From: an uncultured Chloroflexia bacterium
GTDB lineage: Bacteria; Chloroflexota; Limnocylindria; Limnocylindrales; CSP1-4
Length of the DNA stretch: 64,000 nt
Assembly (NCBI GenBank): GCA_963748625.1
Contig: CAVVJT010000010.1
Span: 608,001 to 672,000 of the forward strand
Direction: 5' to 3'
Position 1 is the first letter of the stretch, and the number at the start of each line of letters is the position of its first letter. Under the pieces are notes generated by a model. It was not told where the DNA came from, did no database searches, and saw only the letters and a program-made list of their open reading frames with translations. This document shows, one piece after another, positions 1 to 9,497 of this stretch. A program made the position numbers and the translations under genes.

Positions 1-1398
1 GAGCAAGTCTCCAGCTTCGGCGGAACCGGTCCGGGCGAGGGTCGGTTCTCCAGCCCGGGCGGCCTCGCGCTCCTGCCTGATGGCACGATCGTCGTGGCCG
101 ACATGGGCGGCGACCGCGTCGAGTACTTCGACCGCGACGGGACGTTCCTGCGCCAGGTCATCGCCCCGGGCGGCAGGATCGCGCCCTACGACGTCGCGGC
201 GGACGGGACGGGCAACGTGTGGGTCACCGGGTCGCAGCCCGGAGCGTTCGGCGAGCAGGCGGGCATGGCCGTGAAGCTCGGGGCGGATGGGGCCGTGCTG
301 CAGCGCGTGGACACCGTCCCCGGAGGCAAGACCTGGTTCCCGAGCGTCGCGGTCGCAGGGGACCGCGTGCTGGTCGCCGATGCCTGGCAGGGCCTCCTGG
401 AGCTCCAGGCCGATGGAAGCCTCTCGCGCATCGGTGCGATCGGCGGCGGCCTGACGTCTGCCGCCACAGTCCGCGTAGCGCCCGGCGGCGACATCTACAC
501 GCTCGCCTGCACCTTCGCGAGCACCAGCTGCGTGATCGAACGGCGGGCGCGCGGAGGCGCGAGGCTCGCCAGCTGGCGCGCCCTGGGCGCACTGCCGACG
601 CCTGCAGGCGGCACCACGGTGCAGGTGGACGGCCGCGACATGTACCTCCAGTGCATCGGTGAGGACAGCCCGACGATCGTCTGGATCTCCGGGCACGGTG
701 CTCCGGGCTGGCTGTCCACGGCGCAGTACCTGCAGTCGCAGCTGGCAACGGTCTCGCGCGTGTGCATGTACGACCGCCAGGGTCTCGGCTTCAGCGAGTC
801 GGCCGGCTACGCCGACATGGACCACTGGCTCAACGACACCGCCGACCTCGCCGCGCTCCTCCAGGCAGCCAAGGTTGACGGGCCGTACGTGATGGCGGGC
901 CACTCCTACGGCGGGCTCCTGGCCCGGATCTTCGCCTACGAGCACCGCAAGGACGTCGCCGGCGTCCTCGCGATCGATCCCAGCAGCGAGAACCAGTTCT
1001 CCCAGGAGCTCGTCAATCCGGACGCGCCGACCGGCGACCCCACCTGCACCAGCTGCCCGTTCTACCCGGACATCGAGGCGGTCCACGAGATGACGAAGGG
1101 CAAGGTCGCCGGCTCGCTCGGCGACCTCCCGCTGATCGTGCTCGGCCACGCTCCGGACCTGCCGTTCTGGCCGGGTGCCTACAACGCCACGTGGCTGGAC
1201 CTCGGTCGCGAGACAGCGACGGCATCCTCGAACGCCGAGTTCGTCACGGCATCGTGGTCGAGCCACAGCATCCCGACCTCCCAGCCCGCGCTGGTCGTCG
1301 AGGCGCTGCGTGAGCTGGTCGCGGCGGCGAGGTCGACGAGCCACGAGCTCCCGGCGTGCGGCGAGGCACTGACCGCCGTGGGCGGCGTCTGTGATTGA
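1..1398 (+). CDS. NHL-repeat (beta-propeller) protein fused to a C-terminal alpha/beta hydrolase; 5' truncated by the window edge
   Basis: Frame is open from base 1 (EQVSSFGGTGPGEGRFSSPGGLALLPDGTIVVAD, an NHL-like repeat; also PYDVAADGTGNVWVT). Hydrolase half has RVCMYDRQGLGFS, a GHSYGG nucleophile elbow and SHSIP His. Confidence 0.8.
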   Translation, partial: EQVSSFGGTGPGEGRFSSPGGLALLPDGTIVVADMGGDRVEYFDRDGTFLRQVIAPGGRIAPYDVAADGTGNVWVTGSQPGAFGEQAGMAVKLGADGAVLQRVDTVPGGKTWFPSVAVAGDRVLVADAWQGLLELQADGSLSRIGAIGGGLTSAATVRVAPGGDIYTLACTFASTSCVIERRARGGARLASWRALGALPTPAGGTTVQVDGRDMYLQCIGEDSPTIVWISGHGAPGWLSTAQYLQSQLATVSRVCMYDRQGLGFSESAGYADMDHWLNDTADLAALLQAAKVDGPYVMAGHSYGGLLARIFAYEHRKDVAGVLAIDPSSENQFSQELVNPDAPTGDPTCTSCPFYPDIEAVHEMTKGKVAGSLGDLPLIVLGHAPDLPFWPGAYNATWLDLGRETATASSNAEFVTASWSSHSIPTSQPALVVEALRELVAAARSTSHELPACGEALTAVGGVCD

Positions 1399-1638
1399 CG
1401 TGGCCGGTCCCCCGCCACCGTCGGATCGGTGACGTAGCGGCTCTGGGCGGGCACGGCCCGACACTGGCACCCGGCCGCCGGGCCCGCTGGTGGATGACCG
1501 AGGCTCCCCGGGTGGTGTGGGCGTTGGGCACGCGAGACGCCTACCGGCGGCCGCGGCGGCGGGAGACCCTCCGTGAAACCCGCTTCACGCGGGCGACGAC
1601 ACGTCGCGCGAGAACGTCGGCGCGCTGTCCGCCGAGGA

Positions 1639-3264
1639 TCAGCGGTGCGGACGACGCGCCCGGACGCGGACACCTGCGCGGCGGCGGAGCCGTGTCGAGC
1701 GCCGGTGGAACCGTTCGGCCAGCTCGGCCATGACGGATACGGGCGGGACATGGAGCTGCAGGCCCCCGCCGCGCAGGAGCACCAGCTCCGGCCCGTCCTC
1801 GGGCCGTCGACGCACGCCCCTGACCCTGACGGACCCGCTCGCGAGGCGCGCAGGACGCTTCCTCGTGATGTCCGCCGCCTGCGCCCCAACGAGCACCTCC
1901 CAGATCCCACCCGGAAGTGGCCCGCCCTCATGCACGGTGGCGAGGTCGACCTCGACGCGGAACCCAGCCTCCGGATAGGAGCGGGTCCGGTCACGGAGGT
2001 CCGGGGTCGCAACCGGCACGACCTCGATCGAGACCTCCGGCCCTGCGGGCCAGCGGCGGAGGCGGACGACAGGCCGCCCTCCCACCAGGTGCAGCCGTGC
2101 GGAGCCTTCGAGCACCAGGTGGCCGTCCTCGTCGGACGCATCGTCCACGCGCGCCTTCAGGTTGACCAGGCGGGTCATGTCGAAGCACGCATCAGGGATG
2201 CCGCTGGAATCGCGGAAGTGCGGGTAGGCGGCATAGATCCGCCCGCGGTCGATCACCGGTGCACCGAACACGGTTGCGGCGGGAGCCGCCGCAATATCCC
2301 GGAGCTCGGCCAGCAGGCCGTGCAGGAGGCAGTGGAGCCGGACGCGCTGCTTGGGGGCCAGCGACTGCTCGATCGCCGGGGACGTCCAGCGCCTCGCCAC
2401 AGCGGCGCCTGTCTCGAAGACCCGGACCTGGTCGGCTGGATCGAGCGCGGCCCAGCGACCCCCGAACAGCTGGGCCACCTTGGCCACGTGCTGCCGGAGC
2501 AGATGATCCCGCCGGGGACCGGCCTCGATGCGCTCCGCGACCGGCAGGATCCGGTCCCGCTCGATGCGCAGGATCGCCTCCCCGATATCGTCGGTACGAT
2601 CCGTGCGCGACGTCTGGCTGCCCTGCCGGAGACGGATGAAGTACGCGTCGTAGGACCCCAGCACCGAGACGACCCGCGCCTGGAGGTACGCGCGCTGCAT
2701 GAAGTCGGCATCCTCGCCATTGGTGACCCCGGGCTCGAACCGCAGCCCGGCGTCCTCGATGAAGGAGCGACGGAACAGCTTCTGCGTGTTGGCCGACATG
2801 TTCACGTAGTCCAGCGTCGCGCGGTCCACGTCCCGGTTGTAGCGCAGCGCTCCGGGCTTGGCCCGCCCCTCGACCCCGATGATCCGCGCCACCACGATGT
2901 CCGACGTGTTCTTCTCAGCCATGGCCACGAGGCGCTCGAGGGCCTCCGGTCCGAGGTAGTCGTCGCCATCGAGGAAGAAGACGTAGCGTCCCCTGGCCAC
3001 GTCGAGCCCGGTGTTGCGTGGCGCACCCGGGCCACCCGAATTGGGCTGGTGGACGACGCGCATCCAGGGGTTGACGCTCCCGAGCGCGTCGAGAACCGTC
3101 GGGGTGGCATCGGTCGATCCGTCATCGACGACGATCAGCTCGAGCGTGTCGGTGCCGATGGACTGCACGGCGACCGAGCTGACGCACTGCTCGATCCAGG
3201 GGGCGATGTTGTACGCGGGGACGATGACCGAGACGATCGGTCCGTCATTGCCACCTTCGCGCAC
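1639..3264 (-). CDS. Family 2 glycosyltransferase (TarS-like architecture with C-terminal extension)
   Basis: VSVIVPAYN, LIVVDDGSTD, NSGGPGAPRNTG, FLDGDD (DxD) and GED motifs. Start moved to GTG 3264 because the upstream ORF extension looks non-coding. Confidence 0.88.
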   Translation of the reverse strand: MREGGNDGPIVSVIVPAYNIAPWIEQCVSSVAVQSIGTDTLELIVVDDGSTDATPTVLDALGSVNPWMRVVHQPNSGGPGAPRNTGLDVARGRYVFFLDGDDYLGPEALERLVAMAEKNTSDIVVARIIGVEGRAKPGALRYNRDVDRATLDYVNMSANTQKLFRRSFIEDAGLRFEPGVTNGEDADFMQRAYLQARVVSVLGSYDAYFIRLRQGSQTSRTDRTDDIGEAILRIERDRILPVAERIEAGPRRDHLLRQHVAKVAQLFGGRWAALDPADQVRVFETGAAVARRWTSPAIEQSLAPKQRVRLHCLLHGLLAELRDIAAAPAATVFGAPVIDRGRIYAAYPHFRDSSGIPDACFDMTRLVNLKARVDDASDEDGHLVLEGSARLHLVGGRPVVRLRRWPAGPEVSIEVVPVATPDLRDRTRSYPEAGFRVEVDLATVHEGGPLPGGIWEVLVGAQAADITRKRPARLASGSVRVRGVRRRPEDGPELVLLRGGGLQLHVPPVSVMAELAERFHRRSTRLRRRAGVRVRARRPHR

Positions 3265-3461
3265 GTGGAAGCCCCTGCAGCCGGAATGCCGATGATCGGG
3301 CGCGCCGTCTGCGAGGCCCCTGGACGTGCCCGAGCGGCCGGCCCGCAGCGCATCGTACACCGCACCCCAGCCCGTGCCGGGGGCACCATGCCCCACGGCG
3401 GTTCAACAGGCTACTTTCCGCGAACACGTTTACGGCATGACCCGCTACACTCCGCTGCACC

Positions 3462-4484
3462 ATGACCGTGACGTCCGACCTCGACCTGAACCAGCTCCTC
3501 GCAGACACCGAGGCGGAGATCCTCCGCGTCGTCAAGGACCGGGATCCCTCGACCACGGGCGTGTACGAGATGATCCGGTACCACCTTGGCCTCGACGGCT
3601 CCGACGGTCCGCGCGGCAAGCGCATGCGCCCGCTGCTGGGCCTCCTTGCCTACGCGTCGATCGCCGGCGAGCACACGCGGGCGCTGCCGGGCGCTGCCGC
3701 CGTGGAGCTGGGCCACAACTTCAGCCTGGTCCACGACGACATCGAGGACGGCGATGTCGAGCGGCGGCACCGCCCCACGCTCTGGGCGGTCCACGGCGTG
3801 CCCCAGGCGATCAACACCGGCGACCTGATCTTCAGCCTGAGTCGCGTCGCCCTGCACCGCCTGACCGACCTCGGGTTCTCCGACAAGAAGGTCCTGCGCC
3901 TCATGCGTCTCTACGACGAGACATGCGTGATGCTCTGCGAGGGCCAGTACATCGACATCGCCACCTCATCCCAGGGCGATCCGATGACGGTGGAGCTGTA
4001 CTTCGACATGATCGGCCGCAAGACCGCGGCACTGATCGCCGGCTCCATCGAGGCCGGCGCCCTGCTGGCCACCGACGACGACGACGTCATCGCGCGCTAC
4101 CGGCGCTTCGGCTGGGCGCTGGGCCTGGCGTTCCAGCTCAACGACGACCTGCTGGGCATCTGGGGCCAGGAGCAGAAGACGGGCAAGGTGCCCACTGACA
4201 TCGCCCGCCACAAGAAGACCCTGCCGGTGCTCTACGCGTTCGAGAACGCCTCGCCCGAGGACCGCGCGCGGCTCACGGAGGTGTCGGCCATCGAGGAGCC
4301 GACCGAGGCCGAGATCGCCGAGACCATGGCGATCCTGGAGCGCTCGGGCGCCGAGGACTTCACCCGGTCCGAGGCGCGCCGATGGCGTGACGAGTGCCTC
4401 GCCGAGCTCGAGGGGCTGACCGTGGTGGAACCTGGGGCCCGCGCCCAGCTGACAGGCATCATCAACGCGGTGATCAGCGCGTAG
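3462..4484 (+). CDS. Short-chain polyprenyl diphosphate synthase (IdsA/GGPP synthase-like)
   Basis: GKRMRP, first Asp-rich motif HDDIED followed by RR, GQYID, KT, FQLNDDLLG. Phe five residues before the first motif suggests a C15-C20 product. Confidence 0.92.
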   Translation: MTVTSDLDLNQLLADTEAEILRVVKDRDPSTTGVYEMIRYHLGLDGSDGPRGKRMRPLLGLLAYASIAGEHTRALPGAAAVELGHNFSLVHDDIEDGDVERRHRPTLWAVHGVPQAINTGDLIFSLSRVALHRLTDLGFSDKKVLRLMRLYDETCVMLCEGQYIDIATSSQGDPMTVELYFDMIGRKTAALIAGSIEAGALLATDDDDVIARYRRFGWALGLAFQLNDDLLGIWGQEQKTGKVPTDIARHKKTLPVLYAFENASPEDRARLTEVSAIEEPTEAEIAETMAILERSGAEDFTRSEARRWRDECLAELEGLTVVEPGARAQLTGIINAVISA

Positions 4485-4619
4485 GACGAGCCCGGCCGTG
4501 GGCCGCCTGGGCACCTCACTGAGGCTCGCTCGGCCCAGCTCGCGTGACGCTTGGGTCGCTCACACCGGTCGGCGCATCGTCTTGCGATGGGCGGGGGCGA
4601 CACCTCTGCTGATCAGCCC

Positions 4620-4647
4620 TTGCCGCACTGCGGATCACGCCTACTCT
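4620..4647 (+). promoter_or_regulatory. Putative sigma70-type promoter for the microprotein gene
   Basis: TTGCCG (4620-4625), 16 nt spacer, TACTCT (4642-4647), about 50 nt upstream of ATG 4696. Confidence 0.4.
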
Positions 4648-4695
4648 TGGACCACTCGGTCCGCGTGACGGCGGCCGTATGACGGGGTGCGACAC

Positions 4696-4851
4696 ATGAC
4701 CAACGACACCCAGCCGACCGGGACGGACCAGACCAGCACCTGGGACTGGGTCAAGGCCGCCCTGTTCATCGCAATCATCGTGGTTGTCGTGGTCCTGGTG
4801 TTCCTGGTCGGCACCGGCCAGTTCTGGGGCTGCGGCGCCTACACCTGCTGA
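4696..4851 (+). CDS. 51-aa single-pass membrane microprotein (not in the ORF track)
   Basis: Manual translation MTNDTQPTGTDQTSTWDWVKAALFIAIIVVVVVLVFLVGTGQFWGCGAYTC*. Nearly all codons end in G/C and there is one clear transmembrane helix. Confidence 0.7.
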   Translation: MTNDTQPTGTDQTSTWDWVKAALFIAIIVVVVVLVFLVGTGQFWGCGAYTC

Positions 4852-5226
4852 GGCCGTCGGACGCGGAGCCGCCACACGGCCGCGCCTTCCTCGATCTCGT
4901 CGCCCTCGTAGTGGTACGGCAGGTCGGGCGCCCGGATGATCGTGGCTTGGCGGATTGGCGACCCAGCGTCAGTCGCGTCGCGTGGACGAAGCGTCTGTGA
5001 ATCCCCGTCGCGGGGGCTTCGGGCGGTCCCCGGTGGGGGTTTCGCAGGCGCTGCGTCCAAGAAACGTCGCCGACGAGTCGCCGGTGGCGGCTGATCCGCG
5101 TCGTCGTCGCCGGTTCATGGACGGAGCGTCCAGCCCAGGCCCGCTGCCACTTTGGCGGGCCTCGGTCGCCCGCCGCGCACGCGGCCGGCACTCCGCCCGC
5201 GGCCGCTGCTCCCGCCGCGGCCTCCC

Positions 5227-6564
5227 CTACTCCTCGTCGCCGGGCGCCGACTGGTCGTCGACCGCGCGCTCGCGCGCAATCAGCACCTTGCCCACGCGAC
5301 GGCCGTCCGTCGTCTCCACGGTGAGCCGCATGCCGTCGATCCGGATCTCGTCCCCCGGCTGCGGGATGCCGCCCACGCGGTGGTAGACGAGTCCGCCGAT
5401 GGTGTCGTACTCGTCGTCGTCCTCAAGCACGAGCCGCGTGTCCCACAGGTCCTCGAGATCGTCGACCGACGCGCGACCGTCCACCCGGAAGTGGTCGTTG
5501 TCGAGCGCCTCGATGAGCGGCTCCTCCTCGTCGTACTCGTCCTGGATCTCGCCGACGATCTCCTCGAGCAGGTCCTCGATGGTGACCAGGCCCGCCGTGC
5601 CGCCGTACTCGTCGAGCACGATCGCGATGTGGACCTTGCGCCGCTGGAACTCGTGGAGCAGGTCGTCGACCGACATCGATTCCGGCACGAACACAGGGGT
5701 GCGCAGCAACACGCGCAGGTCCGAGCCCTTCGCGGCGGTGGTCTTGAGGAACGGGAGCAGGTCCTTGGCGTAGAGGATGCCCACCACCTCGTCCACCGAG
5801 GTCTCGTAGATGGGGACCCGGGAGTGGCCCTCCTCGATGATCTTGTCGATCGCCTCATCGAAGGAGGTCGATGCCGGCAGCGCGACGATGGCGACACGCG
5901 GGACCATGACCTCGTGCACGCGCCGTGCACCCAGCTCCATGACCGCGTTGATCATCTGCTCCTCCTCGGCCTCGAGGATTCCCTGCTCCCCGCCGCGCTC
6001 CACGATCAGGAGCAGCTCCTCCGCCGTGATCCGGGCCTCGGGTGTGACCTCGGCCCCGAACAGCCGGGCGATCGTCCGGGTGAGAAACGTGAGCATGGCG
6101 ACGACGGGCCGGAAGATGCGGCCGATCAGGTCCACCGGGCGCGCGAGGCCCAGGGCGAATGCCTCCGGGTGGGCCAGGGCGAGCGTCTTGGGGACCAGCT
6201 CGCCGAACACGATCGTGAACAGCGAGAGCAGGACCGTGACGGTCAGCAGGCTCACGACCGCGGCTGCGTCGGCGCTCATGCCCCAGGACACGAAGAGCTC
6301 GCCCATGCGGGCTGCCAGGCTCACGCCGGCGAAGGCCGAGGCGAGGAACCCGATGAAGGTGATCGCGAGCTGGATGACCGCGAGGAACCGCCCGGGATCG
6401 CTGGTCAGCCGGCGGACGCGGGACGCCCCACGCCGGCCCTCATCCACCAGCTGCTCGACGCGGCTGGGACGGATGGACACCAGGGCGATCTCGGCGGCGA
6501 CGAACACCGCGTTGAGGAGGACCAGGAGGGTGATGACCGCCAGCTCCAGGAGCGTGTCACCCAT
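5227..6564 (-). CDS. CNNM/CorB (TlyC, hemolysin-family) Mg2+ transporter: DUF21 TM domain, CBS pair, CorC_HlyC domain
   Basis: FVAAEIAL, GELVPK, EVMVPR, GHSRVP, VLDEYGGTAGLVTIEDLLEEIVGEI, YDTIGG. Confidence 0.93.
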   Translation of the reverse strand: MGDTLLELAVITLLVLLNAVFVAAEIALVSIRPSRVEQLVDEGRRGASRVRRLTSDPGRFLAVIQLAITFIGFLASAFAGVSLAARMGELFVSWGMSADAAAVVSLLTVTVLLSLFTIVFGELVPKTLALAHPEAFALGLARPVDLIGRIFRPVVAMLTFLTRTIARLFGAEVTPEARITAEELLLIVERGGEQGILEAEEEQMINAVMELGARRVHEVMVPRVAIVALPASTSFDEAIDKIIEEGHSRVPIYETSVDEVVGILYAKDLLPFLKTTAAKGSDLRVLLRTPVFVPESMSVDDLLHEFQRRKVHIAIVLDEYGGTAGLVTIEDLLEEIVGEIQDEYDEEEPLIEALDNDHFRVDGRASVDDLEDLWDTRLVLEDDDEYDTIGGLVYHRVGGIPQPGDEIRIDGMRLTVETTDGRRVGKVLIARERAVDDQSAPGDEE

Positions 6565-7973
6565 CAGCCGGGAGCCTCGTCCTTCGGCGGTATCGGACGC
6601 GGTTCACGGATCCGGGCCGGGACGCCGACGGCGAGCTTGCCGGCCGGAACATCCCTGGTGACCACGGCCCCGGCGCCCGTCTTCGCGTCGTCGCCCAGCG
6701 TGACCGGGGCGCGGAGCATCGTGTCCACGCCCAGGAACACCCGCTCGCCGATGACGGTGCGGTGCTTGCGCACGCCATCGTAGTTGGCGGTGATCGTGCC
6801 CGCGCCCACGTTCGTGTCGGCGCCCACGTCCGCATCACCCAGGTAGCTGCCGTGGTGCTGGCGGACATGCTCGCCGAGGCGTGAGTTCTTGATCTCGGCG
6901 TAGTTGCCGATCTCGGAGCGGCGGCCAACGTGCGCGCCCGGCCGGAGATGCGCGAACGGCCCGATCGTGACGTGGTCCTCCACGGTGGATCGCTCGATGA
7001 CCGAGGCCCAGACCACGCAGTCGGGTCCGATGACGGAGTCCACGATCTGGGAGCCCGCAGCAATCCGCGTCCGCTCGCCGATCCTCGTGGCGCCCCGCAG
7101 GATCACGTTGGGCTCGAGCGTGACGTCCTGGGCCAGCTCCACGCCGGTGTCGAGGTACACGGTGGATGGGTCCACCATGGTGACGCCGGCCCGCATCCAG
7201 CGGTCGTTCATCTCCACGCGCATGTCCCACTCGGCGCGGGCGAGCTGGGTGCGGTCGTTGATGCCGGTCAACCGGCCGTCATCCTCCACCTCGAGTGCCG
7301 CCACCAGCCGCCCGTCCTGGCGCGCGAACGCCACGAGGTCGGTGAGGTACACCTCGCCCGACACGGGCGAGGGGCGCAGGTCGCCGATCCGCCGGCGCAG
7401 CCACGCGGCATCGAAGGCGTAGAGCCCGGCGTTGATCTCCGAGAGGGTGCGCTCGTCGGTGGAGGCGTCCTTGTCCTCGACGATCCGCTCGACGGTGCCG
7501 CCCTCGTTGCGCACCACCCGGCCGAGTCCGGTGGGGTCGATCGCGTCCACGGCGACCAGGGCGATCGCTGCCGCATCCATCGCGCGCGCCTCGAGCAGTG
7601 CGGCGAGCAGGTCACCCTGGACCAGCGGCACGTCGCCCGAGAGCACGAGGATCTCGGCCACGTCATCCTCGATGGCGTCAAGCGCGGCACGGAGCGCGTC
7701 GCCCGTCCCACGCGGGACCTCCTGGAGCACTGAGTCCGCGCGGGCGGCCACGTGGTCCCGGACCGCCTCGGTCGCCGGTGAGTACACGACGAGCGGGCGG
7801 GTGCCGGTCGCCGCATCGGCGGCGTCGAGGACATGGTCGACCAGCGTGCGCCCGCAGATGCGGTGGAGGACCTTGGGGGTCGCCGACTTCATGCGGGTGC
7901 CGAGTCCGGCCGCGAGCACGACGGCGACCGTGCGGCGCACGCGATCGCCGGTTGGTGCAGGTGGAGTCGTCAT
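6564..7973 (-). CDS. glmU: Bifunctional UDP-GlcNAc pyrophosphorylase / GlcN-1-P acetyltransferase
   Basis: LAAGLGTRMKS-PKVLH, GTGDA, EINAG, GEVYLTD, hexapeptide repeats, SYLGDA, NYDG. Confidence 0.97.
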   Translation of the reverse strand: MTTPPAPTGDRVRRTVAVVLAAGLGTRMKSATPKVLHRICGRTLVDHVLDAADAATGTRPLVVYSPATEAVRDHVAARADSVLQEVPRGTGDALRAALDAIEDDVAEILVLSGDVPLVQGDLLAALLEARAMDAAAIALVAVDAIDPTGLGRVVRNEGGTVERIVEDKDASTDERTLSEINAGLYAFDAAWLRRRIGDLRPSPVSGEVYLTDLVAFARQDGRLVAALEVEDDGRLTGINDRTQLARAEWDMRVEMNDRWMRAGVTMVDPSTVYLDTGVELAQDVTLEPNVILRGATRIGERTRIAAGSQIVDSVIGPDCVVWASVIERSTVEDHVTIGPFAHLRPGAHVGRRSEIGNYAEIKNSRLGEHVRQHHGSYLGDADVGADTNVGAGTITANYDGVRKHRTVIGERVFLGVDTMLRAPVTLGDDAKTGAGAVVTRDVPAGKLAVGVPARIREPRPIPPKDEAPG

Positions 7974-7984
7974 CAGAGGGCGCG

Positions 7985-8013
7985 ATTCTGGGGTTGGTGC
8001 CGCCGGGTGTCAA
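7985..8013 (-). promoter_or_regulatory. Sigma70-type promoter for glmU and the CNNM gene (near-leaderless)
   Basis: Minus strand: TTGACA (8013-8008), 17 nt, CAGAAT (7990-7985). The ATG follows 11 nt later with no SD. Confidence 0.6.
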
Positions 8014-8066
8014 CCGGGAGGCGGCGGCGGGGCGGATGGACGACGGGCGTTGGCTGCACGGTCAGG

Positions 8067-8447
8067 TCAGCGACGGACGGCGATGGCCTCGATCTCGACC
8101 AGGCCTCCCTTGGGCAGTGCCGCCACCTGGACGGTGGAGCGGGCCGGCGGCGGGCTGGGCATGTGGCCCGCATAGACCGCGTTGACCGCGCCGAAATCGG
8201 CCATGTCCACGAGGAAGATGGTGGTCTTCACGACATCCTCGAAACCCAGCCCGGCCTCGGCAAGCACGGCTCCAAGGCTCTGCAGCGCGCGCTCGGCCTG
8301 GGCCTCGACGCCATCGACGAGGTTGCCGGTGGCCGGGTCGAGGCCCAGCTGGCCGCTGGTGAACACGAACCCGTCCGTGACGATGGCCTGGCTGTACGGG
8401 CCGATCGCGGCCGGGGCGCCGGCCGTCGCGAGTGCGCTGCGGGTCAT
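8067..8447 (-). CDS. ridA: RidA/YjgF family reactive enamine/imine deaminase
   Basis: APAAIGPYSQA, SGQLG, VVKTTIFL, PARSTVQVAALP, VEIEAIA. Confidence 0.93.
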   Translation of the reverse strand: MTRSALATAGAPAAIGPYSQAIVTDGFVFTSGQLGLDPATGNLVDGVEAQAERALQSLGAVLAEAGLGFEDVVKTTIFLVDMADFGAVNAVYAGHMPSPPPARSTVQVAALPKGGLVEIEAIAVRR

Positions 8448-9466
8448 CGATCCCTCCGGTCCGCCCCCGTGGGGGCGAGGATGCGGGCGGCCGCGACGAA
8501 GGGCTCGCGCGGGCCGGGGGCCACGAGATCGCCGGACGCGATAGCGGCACGGACCGTGTCCGCTGCCGCCGACGCCTCGGCGTATGAAGGATAGAGCGCG
8601 AAGTGGGTCGGCCCGGAGCCGGAGATGCCGACAGGTCGTCCGAGGAGCCGGAGGAGGCCTCGCTTGAACGGCACAAGGCCAGGCTCCACTACCGCGGCGG
8701 CGGGCCCCAGATCGTTCGCGGACGCGAGGACCGACGCCCGGGCGAGCAGATCCGCGACGCCCAGGACGCCACGTCGGAGCTCGTCGGCGAGGTGGGTGGA
8801 GGCAAGACGGGCGGCGCCGCCCGCCGCACGCGCCCCCTGGTCCCAGGCCCGGTAGGCGGCAGGCGTGGAGACGCCGCAGGACGGGGTCACCAGCAGCAGC
8901 CCGGGGCGATCGTGGGTGCCGTCCGCATCACGCAGCCAGCGGAGCGGGGTCAGGCGCTCGCCGCGCCCCTCGATCAGGGCGGGTCCGCCGACGGCGAAGA
9001 ACGGCACGTCCGACCCCAGCGCTGCCGCGACACGGTGGCGCGTGGCGGGATCAAGCACCACGCCCCACGCCGCAAGTGCGGCGTCGAGCGCCGCGGCGGC
9101 ATCCGACGAGCCGCCGGCGAGGCCCGCCGCGACCGGGATCCGCTTCTCGAGGCGGGCGGCGAGCGGCGGGGGCGGACCCGGGTGGCCCCACTCGGGACGC
9201 GCGGCCTCACGGGCTGCGCGGATGGCGCGCAGCACCAGGTTGTCGCCGGGCGGGCCGGGATCGAAGCCGTCCACGTGCAGGGTGTCCTGCGCGCCGGGAG
9301 GCAGGACGGCCACGGACAGGCGGTCGGCCAGGTCGAGCGGCACGAACACGCTGTGCAGGTCGTGGAAGCCATCGGGCCGGGAGCCAAGCACGGCGAGCGT
9401 CAGGTTGACCTTCGCCGGCGCAATGCGCACGACCGGGGCGAGCGAGTGGGACGGGTCGCTGGTCAT
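8444..9466 (-). CDS. ispE: 4-diphosphocytidyl-2-C-methyl-D-erythritol kinase
   Basis: APAKVNLTL, DGFHDL, KRIPVAAGLAGGSSDAAA, LGSDVPFF, SGSGPT. Confidence 0.95.
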   Translation of the reverse strand: MTSDPSHSLAPVVRIAPAKVNLTLAVLGSRPDGFHDLHSVFVPLDLADRLSVAVLPPGAQDTLHVDGFDPGPPGDNLVLRAIRAAREAARPEWGHPGPPPPLAARLEKRIPVAAGLAGGSSDAAAALDAALAAWGVVLDPATRHRVAAALGSDVPFFAVGGPALIEGRGERLTPLRWLRDADGTHDRPGLLLVTPSCGVSTPAAYRAWDQGARAAGGAARLASTHLADELRRGVLGVADLLARASVLASANDLGPAAAVVEPGLVPFKRGLLRLLGRPVGISGSGPTHFALYPSYAEASAAADTVRAAIASGDLVAPGPREPFVAAARILAPTGADRRDR

Positions 9467-9497
9467 CGGGGTACCGGGCGTCTGGGCGTCTGGGCGT

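Noticed and set aside
1399-1638. ncRNA or small ORF in the convergent spacer (including ORF 1395..1733)
   Set aside because: Only weak GC-rich hairpins, no recognisable RNA family signature, and poor coding pattern.
5227-6564. Hemolysin or virulence factor
   Set aside because: The family label is historical; the domain content is that of a CNNM/CorB Mg2+ transporter.
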